In this document: in pieces, positions 46,601 to 61,100 of the stretch | Layout: each line of letters begins with the position of its first letter | Numbering within the stretch: the first letter of the stretch is position 1 | Assembly (NCBI GenBank): GCA_030141605.1 | Contig: JAQGDQ010000206.1 | Coordinates: forward strand, 1-64,000 | Length of the DNA: 64,000 nucleotides | Reading direction: 5' to 3' | Origin: Tubiluchus corallicola | Taxonomy: Eukaryota > Animalia > Priapulida | Notes under the pieces: generated by a model | Seen by the model: the letters and a program-made list of their open reading frames with translations, nothing else | What the model was told of the DNA's origin: nothing | The model's database searches: none | Position numbers and translations under genes: made by a program

Positions 46601-49148
46601 TATTTTTAATATATTTTTATATATTTTGTGATTTTTTATGCAAAATTCATCAAATCTATACATTAATGTACAATACGTACTACGCATGTGCAAAAATACT
46701 TTAGACGGATTACCGCAAAAACCCGCGAAACGGCGAAAATACCGCGATAAATATTTTACATTAATATTTTTGAAAATCCGCGAAACAGCAAGTCCACGAT
46801 AAACGAACCGCGAAGTAGCGAGGGAACACTGTACTTCCAAATCTGTACCTCTAAAAATTCTTCACCGATTTTCCCGGGGCTGTTTTAACGGCATTATAGG
46901 TCCCGGGGGCAAAGTTTGAAAGGCGTTGCTAAAAAATTTTCATATATAATTTAATTTTCAAAAATAAGTGTAGTATTTTAAAATTTTGCTGAATAATTCA
47001 TTTGACTTGAAAAAATAAAATTTAAATAGTAAAAAAGGCAGTCCGGGAGTCTGATTCTAATTAATAGAAAAATATTCGGTTTTAGACAAAATGAAAACAT
47101 CAAATTGTTAATGTACCTTCGTGACGAAAATTAATGTAAGTCGTTAATGTACTCGAAAACTCAATTTTAAAAAAGTGGCCCTTGTTTTGCCCTATAATCT
47201 CATTAGCCTAGGTACCTCAAAAGAACATAGTCTAGCCCCTGCACAAGCCCATCAATTTCTTCAGTACTAGTCAAAAATTTCGTCAGGCAGAACAGTAGGA
47301 AACAAATTTGTAACCGTATGAAAAGAATTGTACTAAATGTCAGTTACATATACTAATCATTGAACTTTGATCCGTAAACAGACCCACAGGATTTTTCAAA
47401 TATGATTTCAGTAACAGTTAATACCAACACCCACACATTTTACAAGTGTAGCTGCTATGGGCAAATTACCCAATTACCCATATAATTCGTTTTTTATTTT
47501 TCCCGCATGAGGGAGCCAAAAACTAAAGGGGACAAGTGGGCAATTGCTGGCAGACTCGACTGGTTCTTGCAGAAACTTGTAATTGGTGGATAATGCAATT
47601 TTTTATATGAGAAATTTAATGTCATGTTTCACAAACCATAAACAGTGTGTTCTCTCCAGCCAAATTAAGTACAGTCGACCCTCGTTAAACCGGACCCCGT
47701 TAGCCCGGATATCGGATAAGACGGACGTCATCCGTGGTAAAGGAAACTGACCGATTTCCGTCCGAGCCGGAGCGCTAAACACAACACGGCCTACCAACTG
47801 TACAATAATTTCTTTATCCTCACAGGTTAACTATTTTAAAGTAATATACAGTATAGTATATAGTGCAATGTATATAGGCCTTATTAAGGTGATTATTCCT
47901 GTATAATATAGACCATATATAGGCATATCGGATAATTCGGACAATCGGCTAAACCGGACCACACACACACACACCCCCCCCCCATTAGTCCGGTTTAACA
48001 ATGGTTGACTGTAAGTGATTTTTTTGTAAATCTAAGTTTATTAATTAGATTTAGTAATTTATTAATTAAATTAGATAGCAATTTTCTGTGTAATTTTTTC
48101 GTTCAAATTTCTGTAGTTTTGTTCAAATTACATTACTGCAAATTTTATGTATTTTTTTTTCTCCTTGTTTAGAAAATAAAAACTGCAGAAACACCTTATA
48201 CGAAGAACTTTCGTGTTTGCTGTGTTAACAGTAGCAAAATATTTAAATCACAAGGAACACTCTTCATAAATAAAGCTTTAAAAGCTTGTCTTGAAATTTT
48301 ACGTCACTTAAATGCTGTCTCTATTGCATATGGGGCTTGCACTAGCAGTAATGCCACAGAAAACTTGTAAATTTAAATGTTAAATTATGTCTCGCAAAAC
48401 CTTTCACGCAAATCTATATTACTTAGCATTTTGCTTATCTGATGGAGAGACTTGTGTAACTAGAAATAATAATGCAAAATGTCCGTGCTATTTGGTAAAA
48501 TCTCGCTGGGGTCACCCTCCAGGGTGCGCCACTCAATAACCAGAAACATATTTTTAATCTTATTGACAAGATACAGTAATTTAAAATTTTACTTAATTAG
48601 CAGCATGTATGCTACGGATGCTCTGATTATTTTTTCAAACTTCACCTAATGTTATCAAAACTTGTTTCAAATGACTTTCGATCAAAATGGCGGCACCTAA
48701 CAGTTGCGCATGTTTAAATTTATAAGTTTTATACAACGTTACTGCCGACGCAATCCCTGCATGCAAAAAGACAGCAAGTGGTATAAAATGTCAGCACAAA
48801 GGGTTATCTCCTGCATTAAACATTTTTGTTGTCAACAGAATCCTTGTGTTCTTGTGCAGTTACAATCGTTGACATAAAGTTCCGTGCAAAAAGATCATGT
48901 CACGCAAACAAAATCAAAATTAATTTATAAAACACAACAACCACTAAATGAACATTGTCTACCGAAAAGCAAATTCCAATCGGATTGAATTTGTAACTTT
49001 CAAACTCGAATCAAACCGAATTCTTTGTACATTTGTACCACGTACTTTTGTACATTTTGCACAGTAATGGCACTATTTTCTGGATGGGCAATAAATAAAG
49101 ACCAAAGCAAACTGAACATGAACTAAGATAAGATCATTATACAAGACG

Positions 49149-49183
<35 letters not shown>

Positions 49184-52100
49184 TGTTCCCTCACTTATCG
49201 CGGATGTTCCATTCCAGGCCCACCCGCGATAAGTGAATTTCCGCGAAGTAGGGACGCCATACTTATTTTAGTAGTTATACATTATTTTCAGTCTTTATAA
49301 ACCCTCCCCACACTCACACGTCGGCAAGTAGCATCTCAAGCGGGCGCAATTACATTTCGTTTTTGGTGTGTATTCATCCGCCGAATAAATACACTATTTA
49401 CTGTAAATGGTAATTTTTTATGATTTATAATATTCTTTCAATGTTAGAATTAATATTTTTTAATATATTTTATATATTTTGTGATTTTTTTATGCAAAAT
49501 TCATCAAATCCATACATTACTGTACAATACGTACTACGCATGTGCAAAAGTACTTTAGACGGAGTACTGCAAAAACCCGCGAAACGGCGAAAATAACGCG
49601 ATAAATATTTTACATTAATATTTTTGCCGCGAAACAGTGAGTTCACGATAAACGAACCGCGAAGTAGCGAGGGAACACTATATATATATATATATATATG
49701 TATGTATATATGTGTTTGTATATATACACATACAGGTTTCACATATGTAAACATTTAAACCAAGACGAAACCACATCTGCCATAGCCCAGCATCTACACA
49801 ACAATCAGCCATGTACAGATAATTACAATGATTCAACTTTCAAAATTATATACAAGTACAGATCAGATTTTCACTTTAAAATTTTGGAAGCAATAATCGT
49901 AAATTTTAAAGATCCGATTTCAGGTAGACAAATAGAACACGTTACTAACTTGTCTCTGTTTTAGTTACTGAATCTAGTACTAATTTTATTCAGTAACAAA
50001 CATGGCGGCTTTCAGCAGCAATTTTAGTTTTGCACTTTTACCTAATATTTTGATAAAATTGCAGAAGTAGACACTGAAGAGCTCCACTGAAAACTCTTAT
50101 CCAATTTAGTTACTGTATGACTGTATATACCTTTACACTGTGCAATAAGTGCTGAAACTATACCATCATGGTCTTAGTATTATTTAAAGCATATATGTTT
50201 CAAAGAGAAACGCAATGCAACTAAAACTGTACTGATCCTAAGATGGAAAGCCTAACTGGAGTTTAGTTACAAGCTTGAGATTCATTTGGTATCGAAAATA
50301 AAGAGTATAACGTGGATTTGGATTCGGTCCGGTTTCGGAAACCGTAAAATGTGAGATTTGGATTCAAATCGGTTTCGAAAATGAAGCAAAAATCATCTTC
50401 AAATTCGATTCAGTTTCGAAAATTTAAGCTTCGTGCCACCCCACCCACCCCAAACATTTCTCGTACCCCACTAGCTGACACAACCCTACAATACTTACGG
50501 TAACTTGTAACCTAGTTACAACACGTAAGGCCGGCCACAAAAAAAACTGTTTCGGTCTTGTCACATGAGTTCAAAAGATGTCAGTAGGAGGGAGGGAAGA
50601 AAAAACTTTTTGAAAAAACTTTTTAAAGCATTTGGAATGTTTAAAGCTGAATCGTGGAATATTTAAAATCAGTGGAAACCAAAGTTTGTTTATTTCCCAC
50701 TGGTTAGCAGTAATGTTTTATATTTTTCCGATGTACATTTGTCACGCTGCGTTTTTTAGTTTTTTTTGTTTCGCGTTACAAAATTATCGTATAATTATCG
50801 ATTATCGCATGGTCTCTTTTTTGTACGGTATGAACGTGTATTCTGATAATTATGGTACAAGCAACTGAACTACTCAGATGTTAAAAATGTTGATTTGGCA
50901 GAAAATACGATACTTTTCCACCGCCAATGGCATAATCAGCATCATACAGAACAGCAAGCCTAGCCGAGAGTTAGTCATAGAAAAACAAAGCTGCATTCTC
51001 ACTGAAACATCGACGTTATAATAATTGTTGAGTCTTACGCTTTAAATTTAAAAACACGCTCTTATATGGCTGCATCAGGTAAGTATATATGAACGTGCAA
51101 AAAAATTATCAAATTCCCAAACGAGTATGTGATAAAAAAATATTACTCGGACGATTAGACGGAAAGTATTTTTATAGTCGGCCTTTAACGAATCAAATCT
51201 AGCGACACACAACGACCCTGCCACCTTACCAACATTAAACCGAATGACTCACCATTCCTACGCCTAGTAAAAATATCCCCAGGGCGGAGACGGCGAGGGC
51301 TAGCAGGAAGGGCAACAGATAAGAGAGAACATCGAAATCATTCCAATGCCAACCAAGCTTAACATAGCACCTAGAAGTATGCAAACGCAATTACGACGTT
51401 AGTCCCCGGTTCAACTTACCATGAAGACGAGCATTATAACAAAGCAAATGCCAACGACAACGGCAAACGGTAGCAAGTAGCTATCGAAGTTGAGCGGCGG
51501 GTCGGGCGTCAGAGTCAGATAATACCTACAGCGAAAAGAAACACAGCTGTAAAGGAAAAGTGCGAAAAGATAAAGACTGAAAATTCATGCAATTCGTGAA
51601 CAATGCAAAAAGTTTTTGCAAGTGCAATAGTACCAGTGGCGGCCCATAGTTCAAATTAGCGGGGGTACTGCTTCAGAAAATTTGTACTAATTGTTTTAAT
51701 ACTGTGTAAAATGAAATAAACATATGTAATTTCAATGTTGTAATTTGTAATTGTAATTTTAAACAAGCAAACCTACAAAAGCTTATATATAAACTTGATA
51801 AAATTCTAAACAAAACAATTATTTTTTGCTTACTAATAGCCTACATTGTGGCAGTTCAAGCTTGACAACAAACTGTGTGAGTGACAGTACTTTCTCTACC
51901 TGGGCTCAGATATGTGCGCACGACAGCCAAACACCACATCGCTGGAGCGCACTGTGCTGGGCTACAAAGCAAACCATACTACCTTCACGTACTACGGTTC
52001 CGCACAGGTATAAAGAAAGAAATAAAGAAAAAAGACTTATTATACTGAATATTATCGATAATAGTTACTGAATGAAAGTAGGGTACGACGGAGTTCCACA

Positions 52101-55100
52101 GTACCTACACACGAGCCGCCACTGAATAGTACAGTCTTTTAAAGACACATGTATTATGACCAAAGGTGGCCACTTGTTATCAGCAGTTGTTATGGTAAAG
52201 CTGCTCCACTTTTAGCAAGCACAGTATGACAGTTTAAAGATGAAAAATGAACAATCAGTTAAAGGAAAACACAACGATTTTTCACACTCTACCGCATTTT
52301 GAAGTACGGTAACACCTATAATAATGCCAAAGCACTTTCGATGATTAACTAATTAATGGGTTAAAAACTTAATTAACGGCAGGCGAGCCCAACTAGTGAT
52401 GACATCACAAATGAACAACAGCACATTTTATGAGCCTGTTACACATGTTTGTGGAAATGAAAATTGAAGTACTACAGTGCAACATTCAGTATGATACCCA
52501 AACTCTGCAAATTTTCAAAGTTTAAAATTCAGACTTCAAGTTTATTGCTATGCTCACGCATGAACTCTTGAACAAGTGCACTACCTCAACACTGAACGTG
52601 TCTGAACTGAGAAGTAGAGCACCAGTTTTTTGTGCAATGCAATTCCATGATGCAGGTGCTAGTGACCGTCCAACTAGCAAATGATGAAATACAAGTAACA
52701 GCGAAGAACTGACAGCAAAAATACGTTTCTGTGGTAATAATTCCTTCACATAAGTCATTCTTGAAAAAATAGTGTTTCGTTTCAATACTTTATAGAGTTG
52801 ATTGTTTGGGCTACCGTTTAAGAATGGGTCTGGCTTTCCCTATAAGAGTCTAAGAATTTTCTAGATTTTGAAGCATATGTAGTGAAGTAAATACAGTCTA
52901 GTCTCGTTATCTCGCCAATGTCCGTCTAGGGCAAATTTTTGGCGAGAGGCGAGTATGGCGAGATAACGGGAATATAACGAAGTTAGTCTATATGTATATA
53001 CATAATACTGATTAACATAGTGTTCCTCTGTGTACATATAAAATATATTTCGCATTATGATACCAATCAACATTAAATCAGAAATGAAAAAATGTCATAA
53101 AAATAATCTTAGAATGTTACTTTTTTATTTAAAAAACCTTTTTCGAGTATACACTTAAATGCAATAAACTTAGCAAAAGATTGGTGTTATACACACCTAA
53201 ACGCAGCTTTGGTGTCATAGAGTAAGGATATCGGTGACGCTTTAGTTTCTCTGCGCATTAACTAACCACAGCACTCCTAATCTAATCCTGGTGAGACACA
53301 CACTAGATTAATTATGTCTGTCTATCGAGTACAGCAGCATTGTCTACATACCGCGGTTATATTGGTCGACACGCGGTATATGTATTGATCGATTCACCTC
53401 TGAGTTTGTCTGTTTGTCGACATAACGAACATAGTTTTACATAAGCACTCATCCTAGCATGACGTGGCGAGGGCGAGAAGCGAGGGTGGCGACTTAACGA
53501 GGTAAATATCAAAGCAGGAAATCCGTCCTGGTACTTTCTATGGCGAGAGACGAGTTTGGCGGCATAACGAGGGGCGAGATAACGAGGCTAGACTGTATAC
53601 AAGTTGTAACTCCCTTTGAAGTCAAAAGCATGAGCACCTGTTAGTATGAACATCAGCAATTCAGAACAATAAAAAGTTAGTCAAAGCAAAAGCCAAAGTT
53701 TCTCGAGAAGTTGAGCGTATTTTAATATTTGAGAAAAATGTTTGAAAGTTTCACTTCAAACTTGGCCCGCTCATTTTGAACGAAACATGGACTCGTCTGC
53801 AATACAAACACTTATCCTGCCAGGTGCTTGAGCAAACTCTTTCGCAGCTAAGTTACTATTATGAACTTCGGAAAATACGAAGCATTAAACAAGAGATTTT
53901 TTTCATCATAATACTATTTTTTGCTTTTTCATTTATCCTGTTGCGCACTATGTGATTAAAACCAGTTTCCGACAACAATAGAATAACCGTCAACTTGGCT
54001 ATTTAATGCCAATGAAGTAACAGAACAATTATTTTAACCCTCATAGGGTCACAATTTTTTACAACCAATTTTGGTAACCGGGGGGTAAAAATTACTCAGA
54101 AGGGGCCTGAATTAAAAGTTACGAAACTGGACAAAGTCTTACCGAGTCATATACTGATATTGCATCATCAACTGCAAGCCATCATTTAAACCTACGAATA
54201 CTGAGGGAATAGTTACATCCTGCGGATCTGCAAACATGAAAGTTATCATGAATTATACCATTAAACAATATTCTATGAACTATAAACTATGAATTTTATT
54301 TCACACATCAAAAAATACAATATCAAACACATTAATATACTTTAAATAAAATAATTTGAGTAGTGCGAGGTGAATGTACGACCATACGATCATTAACACA
54401 CTCACCTAACTTAAATGAAAAAATGATTATAGTTGTGCATACTTCTGTAGGTAACTTAATGTAAATAAGGATGAAGTAAATGATGTAATAATAGCAATGG
54501 TATAACAGCAAATGGTATCACAAAATTGAGTGAAATTTTTTTTAAATAATTACGAATATGAATTATGTGATTATCTGTCAATGTACCACTTACTTGTATT
54601 ACAATGCACCATATTGCTTACTTGTATATACAATGATATACATATACACATATATGTACCCAAATTTAAGTCGGGGGCGAAGAGATTAAATCAGAGGTGT
54701 GCAAATTATCTGAATTCCTGCGGGCCACAGGCAGTTTGATCAAGGAGCCAAGTACAGAAAGGCCTAATAACGATTTTTTTGCATCCGACCTGCGTACATC
54801 ATTACTACTACACTCAAGAAACTATTTTAGAAGTTATTAAAATTTATATTACAAACTATATATTTCTACTTTCACGATAGATAGTGGTAATTTCATTACA
54901 ATGCACATTAGTAATGTGTATCACACAGTCTGTGTAGTACAGTGACATTAAGCTACAACCGTCTTGTAAAGGTTAATGGCATCCGATCCGAGAAACTACC
55001 CACACTATCTTTGGGATCGTGGCACAGACTTCAGCTGGATATACTCAATTAATCGCCCGGGCCGCACTTTCATTAGGTTGACAAATCTCTTCGCGGGCCG

Positions 55101-58100
55101 CACAAATTCTCTCGGCGGGATTAAATTATACATTATACTTGTAGTAATAACTATCATTGTATAGAACATTTAAATATAATTGATGGTAGTAATGTAGCCA
55201 TCATAACATTCTAAAATACTTTTTCTAATAGTACCTATTTGCGGACAGTATTACAAAACAAAATATTACAATAAAAATGAAATTACAACAAAACTGTGAT
55301 ATGTAAATGATTAGTTTGATCAAACAGCTAACTTATGACTTACCATAAGAATACATTGGAATGAGTTCATTTGACTGGTCATTAAATACAATAGCAGCGT
55401 CATACCCCGCCCTCTGCGCAGCTATCACCTAAAGAGAAAAACAGAATTTCAAAAAAGAAATGTTATTAAAATCGAGAAATAAAACCTGAATATAGTACAC
55501 CGGTGACAAACGAAACAAAGTCAAACAAAACAGCTTTAGGAAGTCGTCGACTAACGACCACAGTCAGTCGGTTCACGCGGATTACCCCTACACGTAGGAC
55601 ATTGCGTGTAAATGCGCATTAAGTATGGTGCTGCATATGACGAATTTATTACAGTGTTCCCTCGCTACTTCGCGGTTCGTTTATCGCGGACTCGCTGTTT
55701 CGCTGCTTTTCAAAAATATTAATGTAAAGTATTTGTCGCGGTATTTTCGCTGTTTCGCAGGTTTTTGCGGTACTCCGTCTAAATTACTTTTGCGTAGCAC
55801 GTATCGCACAGTAATGTATAGATTTGATGAATTTTGCATAAAAAATCACAAAACGTATAAAAACATATTAAAAATATTAATTCTAACATTAAAACAATAT
55901 TATAAATCATAAAAAATTACCATTTACAGTAAATAGTGTATTTATTCGGCGGATGAATACACACCAAAAACAAAATGTAATACTTGCGTCCCTACTTTGC
56001 GGAAATTCACTTATCGCGGGTGGGCCTGGAACGGAACACCCACGATAAGTGAGGGAACACTGCATTATTATTATTTTATTTGTATGAAAAAATTTATACA
56101 GCAATGTAGTTTTAGTACAGATAATTATACAATAAAAAATAGTTTTTGTTAGTAATTAAAAAAGTTAAAGGATGATGAAATCCATACAGACGCATCGCCA
56201 TCATGTTACATGTAGTTGTTGACACATTCATAGAATGATTTTCTAACTTTCTTTTCACATTAAAATAAAAGCAAGGAGTACAATAATTCTTTATTCGTAA
56301 ATCAACATCTGAGTCATTCATGAAATACAACCTTTTTGGTATAATAAGTGTTGTGGAGATCGCTGGCATCTAGTAGAATTAAATAGAACATTGTAGAATG
56401 TTCCATTAGAATAATCGTCTTACCTTGTAGAATGTTCTAGAAGGAAACGTCTAGAATGTTCCCTGGCACGCTGTATAAGGCGAAGCAGGCCGCTGAGACA
56501 GACACACGCAGATTTCGCACGGACGTATACTTACACATTCTCTTGTATACTTGTATTTTCAGATACACTTAAACGTTTTCCAGATTTTCACGTTTACTGT
56601 AAACATTTCGCGTTCCTTCATACTTTTGTGTTGTAGAATTCTCGCTTAATAAACTAGTTTAATTTGACGAAGTGTTTTCTGGTTTTCTCTACGAGCCTTC
56701 CGAGAGAAACAAAACACAACAATAAGTGCTGCGGAATTTTAAAAATCTCAATTTACAACTGTTTATCAAAAAATTTGCTGGCAATAATACATAAGTAGTT
56801 TTACACCTTCGTTTTATTTATAATGTCAGTTATTTTACTCAGCTTACTTATTTATTAGAAAAGACAAAAGACTTAAAAGTTAATTGGCTTAAGAAATAGA
56901 AGGAAATATAGTTGGTTTTGTACAATTCATTAATTAAGTTGCGATCAGGTCGTAAAGTTGAACAGTCATAAGACGACAATTACCTATATATTAAACACGT
57001 ATTCTATATTGTGCAATCATTATGTGTCGGGTTTGCAACTTAATTATCTCACAAACATTATCTAAGGAAGCAAAGAATTAATAAATATATCTATAAATTA
57101 CTTACAACTTGCAACCAGCAACTTCATTGTCAGGAACGTTGCCGAAACGAAATTTTCTTTTCAGTTTGCACTTTCGGTTGTGGCGAAATTTTGGATAATT
57201 TTCGGTAACATTTTCAGAGGTTTTACTAGTATTTATCCAATTTACCTTTTCTTTTCTCCTAGATGTCAAAAACCTCTGAAAATCTTGGCTAAATTAGTTC
57301 AAATAAAGCGAAAACTTTGTTTACATAACAGTTTGTGACATGCATTTATCTTCAAGGCTTTTCTCTTTACCAATGAGGTGTACCTTCAGTGCTGACCTCT
57401 GTGAAGTTTTAGGGTCTCCAGGCCCAATCAACCGATTACCAATGTGGTGACCTTCAGTGCTGACCTCTGTGAAGCTTAGGGTCTCCAGGCCCAATCAAAC
57501 GATTACCAATGAGGTGTACCTTCAGTGCTGACCTCTGTGAAGTTTTAGGGTCTCCAGGCCCAATCAACCGATTACCAATGTGGTGACCTTCAGTGCTGAC
57601 CTCTGTGAAGCTTAGGGTCTCCAGGCCCAATCAAACGATTACCAATGTGGTGTACCTTCAGTGCTGACCTCTGTGAAGTTTAGGGTCTCCAGGCCCAATC
57701 AAACGATTACCAATGTGGTGTACCTTCAGTGCTGACCTCTGTGAAGTTTTAGGGTCTCCAGGTCCAATGAACCGATTACCAATGTGGTGTACCTTCAGTG
57801 CTGACCACTGTGAAGTTTTAGGGTCTCCAGGCCCAATCAACCGATTACCAATGTGGTGACCTTCAGTGCTGACCTCTGTGAAGTTTTAGGGTCTCCAGGC
57901 CCAATCAACCGATTACCAATGTGGTATACCTTCATTGCTGACCACTGCGAAGTTTTAGGGTCTCCAGGCCCAATCAACCGATTACCAAAGTGGTGTACCT
58001 TCAGTGCTGACCACTGTGAAGTTTTAGGGTCTCCAGGCCCAATCAACCGATTACCAATGTGGTATACCTTCATTGCTGACCACTGCGAAGTTTTAGGGTC

Positions 58101-61100
58101 TCCAGGCCCAATCAACCGATTACCAATGTGGTGTACCTTCAGTGCTGACCACTGTGAAGTTTTAGGGTCTCCAGGCCCAATCAACCGATTACCAATGTGG
58201 TGACCTTCAGTGCTGACCACTGCGAAGTTTTAGGGTCTCCAGGCCCAATCAACCGATTACCAATGTGGTGTACCTTCAGTGCTGACCACTGTGAAGTTTT
58301 AGGGTCTCCAGGCCCAATCAACCGATTACCAATGTGGTGTACCTTCAGTGCTGACCACTGTGAAGTTTTAGGGTCTCCAGGCCCAATCAACCGATTACCA
58401 ATGTGGTGACCTTCAGTGCTGACCTCTGTGAAGTTTTAGGGTCTCCAGGCCCAATCAACCGATTACCAATGTGGTGTACCTTCAGTGCTGACCACTGTGA
58501 AGTTTTAGGGTCTCCAGGCCCAATCAACCGATTACCAATGTGGTGTACCTTCAGTGCTGACCACTGTGAAGTTTTAGGGTCGCCAGGCCCAATCAAGCGA
58601 AATATCAAGCGTTTGAATTTACTTGAGCAAAATTACATTTAATTTTATAATTTATGAAATGTAGGCTACGAGATTTTTGCAAAACAAAACTTGTTTATTT
58701 TTAATGAAGCATTCTGATCATTAGACATTAATCATCAAGGATACTTCAATTCAAAAACATTATAACACATTTTCTAAGAGAAGCCACTCCGTCAAACTCA
58801 ATTAAAACTTCCCCGTCCTTTTTCTACTAGAAATTTTCATCGCAGCAAATAAACAAAAAACAAAATATTTACTTTTTTTAGAATTTTTTCATTTTTTCAG
58901 TTTTAGTAGTGGTTGGGTTTGCAAAAATGTTTCGATTTGTAAATTCGGTTTCGGTTACATCTCTGGTCATTGTTGCCGTTTTACTTAATTACACTTTGGT
59001 TAAATTATTATTTAAAGATAGTCACGTGTGTCTCTTCTTTCCCATTATTGAACATTATTTTTTTATAAACTAACACATTCGTATAACGTTCAATTTTCGT
59101 TCGTCTCAAATGCAAAATCTGATCATTTTTTATTACCCGATACATGCGCATTAACTAATTAATCATATTAGTAACAATCCTGAGAGGGTGGCTGACCTCG
59201 ATAACTTATAGTTCTTTCGCCTCCCTTTCACCACTAATCAATAATCACTTTTGCACTTCGTAATATTATTGTATGTTGTACGAGATTTATAAATCTGTTA
59301 GTTATGTATTTTGCTATTTTAAAAATGGTGATAAATTAATATACTTACTTACTGACTTACTTACTGACTGACTGACTTACTTACTTACTTACTTACTTAC
59401 TTTGGCTGAAACAATAGTGCTGTGTCTCTACAATCTACATCAAGGCCAATTAGTGCTCTTACATTGATAATTGCATACCTGTTACTAAAGATACACCAGC
59501 AGAATCAACATCAAGATTAGTGACTCCTAAATGAATTAGAAAATTTAAATTTACGCACCTTTTTATCGAAATCGCAGTTGCCTCGCCTTATGAGAGCCAC
59601 CCATGGCCTCGCAGCGGTGAAGTTTTTGGGCGGTGGGCTGACAGGGTCACAGGCATCTCTTGGAAATAAGTAAACTACATAACCCTGAAAATTACAGATT
59701 AATGTGATGATATACCATATATATATATATACCATACCATATATATATATATGGTATATCATCACATTAATATATATATATATACATATATATATATTAT
59801 ATATACTGGTTATTTATGGTAACAGCTATGTATATCATATTATACTCACGCATAAACATCATTTACATTCATAAATTCATATTTATAACAACAACAACAA
59901 AAGGTATTCAGTTAGTTACAAGGGTTAGTGACATTTGATATTGCAATGATGCCGAGTCTGTCGCCAGGGGCTCTGATTGGTCGATATTTCCTCATGTTTT
60001 AGGTGCCAAGTGGTGCGGGTTCAATGCCAGGATCATGATAAACTTTCTACATATGTGCTTTGCACGAAAACAAACAGGGATTTGTAGTAGAAGTAACTCG
60101 CCAGTAAACTTGTCCCGTATACTTCATGCTAGTTGTGCTTAACGAATAGGTGCTGGGATGACAAAAACACTTGTCAGTTTACCTACAGAACTAACGAGGC
60201 CATTCCATATCAGCAGTTTTATACCTAATGCGCTGTGCTAATATGCAATGGCTTCATAATAGATTGAACGATCACAATATGGGGGTTAGAGGTGAAAATA
60301 AATGACGTTTTGCCGTTGTAACAACATTAATACGTCGTGTAAAGCCGGGGATATGAAATTCACTGTGAGCAATCCAATCTAAATCACCGGAGACATATCA
60401 CAATATCACTATAACAATTACCAAGATTTTGGTTATTGCTCTTTGATTAAAATCCACCAAAAAATACTATTCGTATTTAACATTAGCAACGAAATTCTGG
60501 AGTTATTTACTGAGCTACGATATTTTTCAGGACTGCGCAAAGTTTTCATCAAAATTTTTATACTGCAGTGTAATTTAGCGAAGCACTATAAAACTGACAC
60601 TACAAAAAGGTACATAAGAATTTCAATGCAGGTTAAAAACCACAGTACCGATCAACGAGAGAGACCTGTCACTCACCGTCATGCCGTTGGTAGGTAGTTG
60701 AGGCCCAAACTGAGCCGGCAAATCTTTAAAGATCTCAACTGTCTCATTACTAGGTGTGTTCTAGAAAAAAAGAATGCACCAGCTTTATTAGAACTACATT
60801 TACTAGAATTAACAAAAATTCGAATATAAAAAAGTTAGTCCAGAATGCGAAGCATCAGATTACTCACTTATTGATTTTTTTCCACTTGATACGACTTTTA
60901 GAGCACCATTTAGTGTTACCACGGCATTATTAAGCACCATTAAAGGTTTTAAAATGTATACTTTCACCCGTACTAAGTGGGATAGGATGTGAAAAAACAT
61001 CCTGTTTTCCCATAAGTATCGGAAATTAAACTTTCCAGACATTAACTCCTTCCCGATGGGTACACATATTTACCCGTCATCTGTGATGGGCAAAAACAGA

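Noticed and set aside
57658-58642. Repetitive GPGDPK-containing ORFs
   Set aside because: Frame-shifting translations of the 67-69-bp satellite inside an intron
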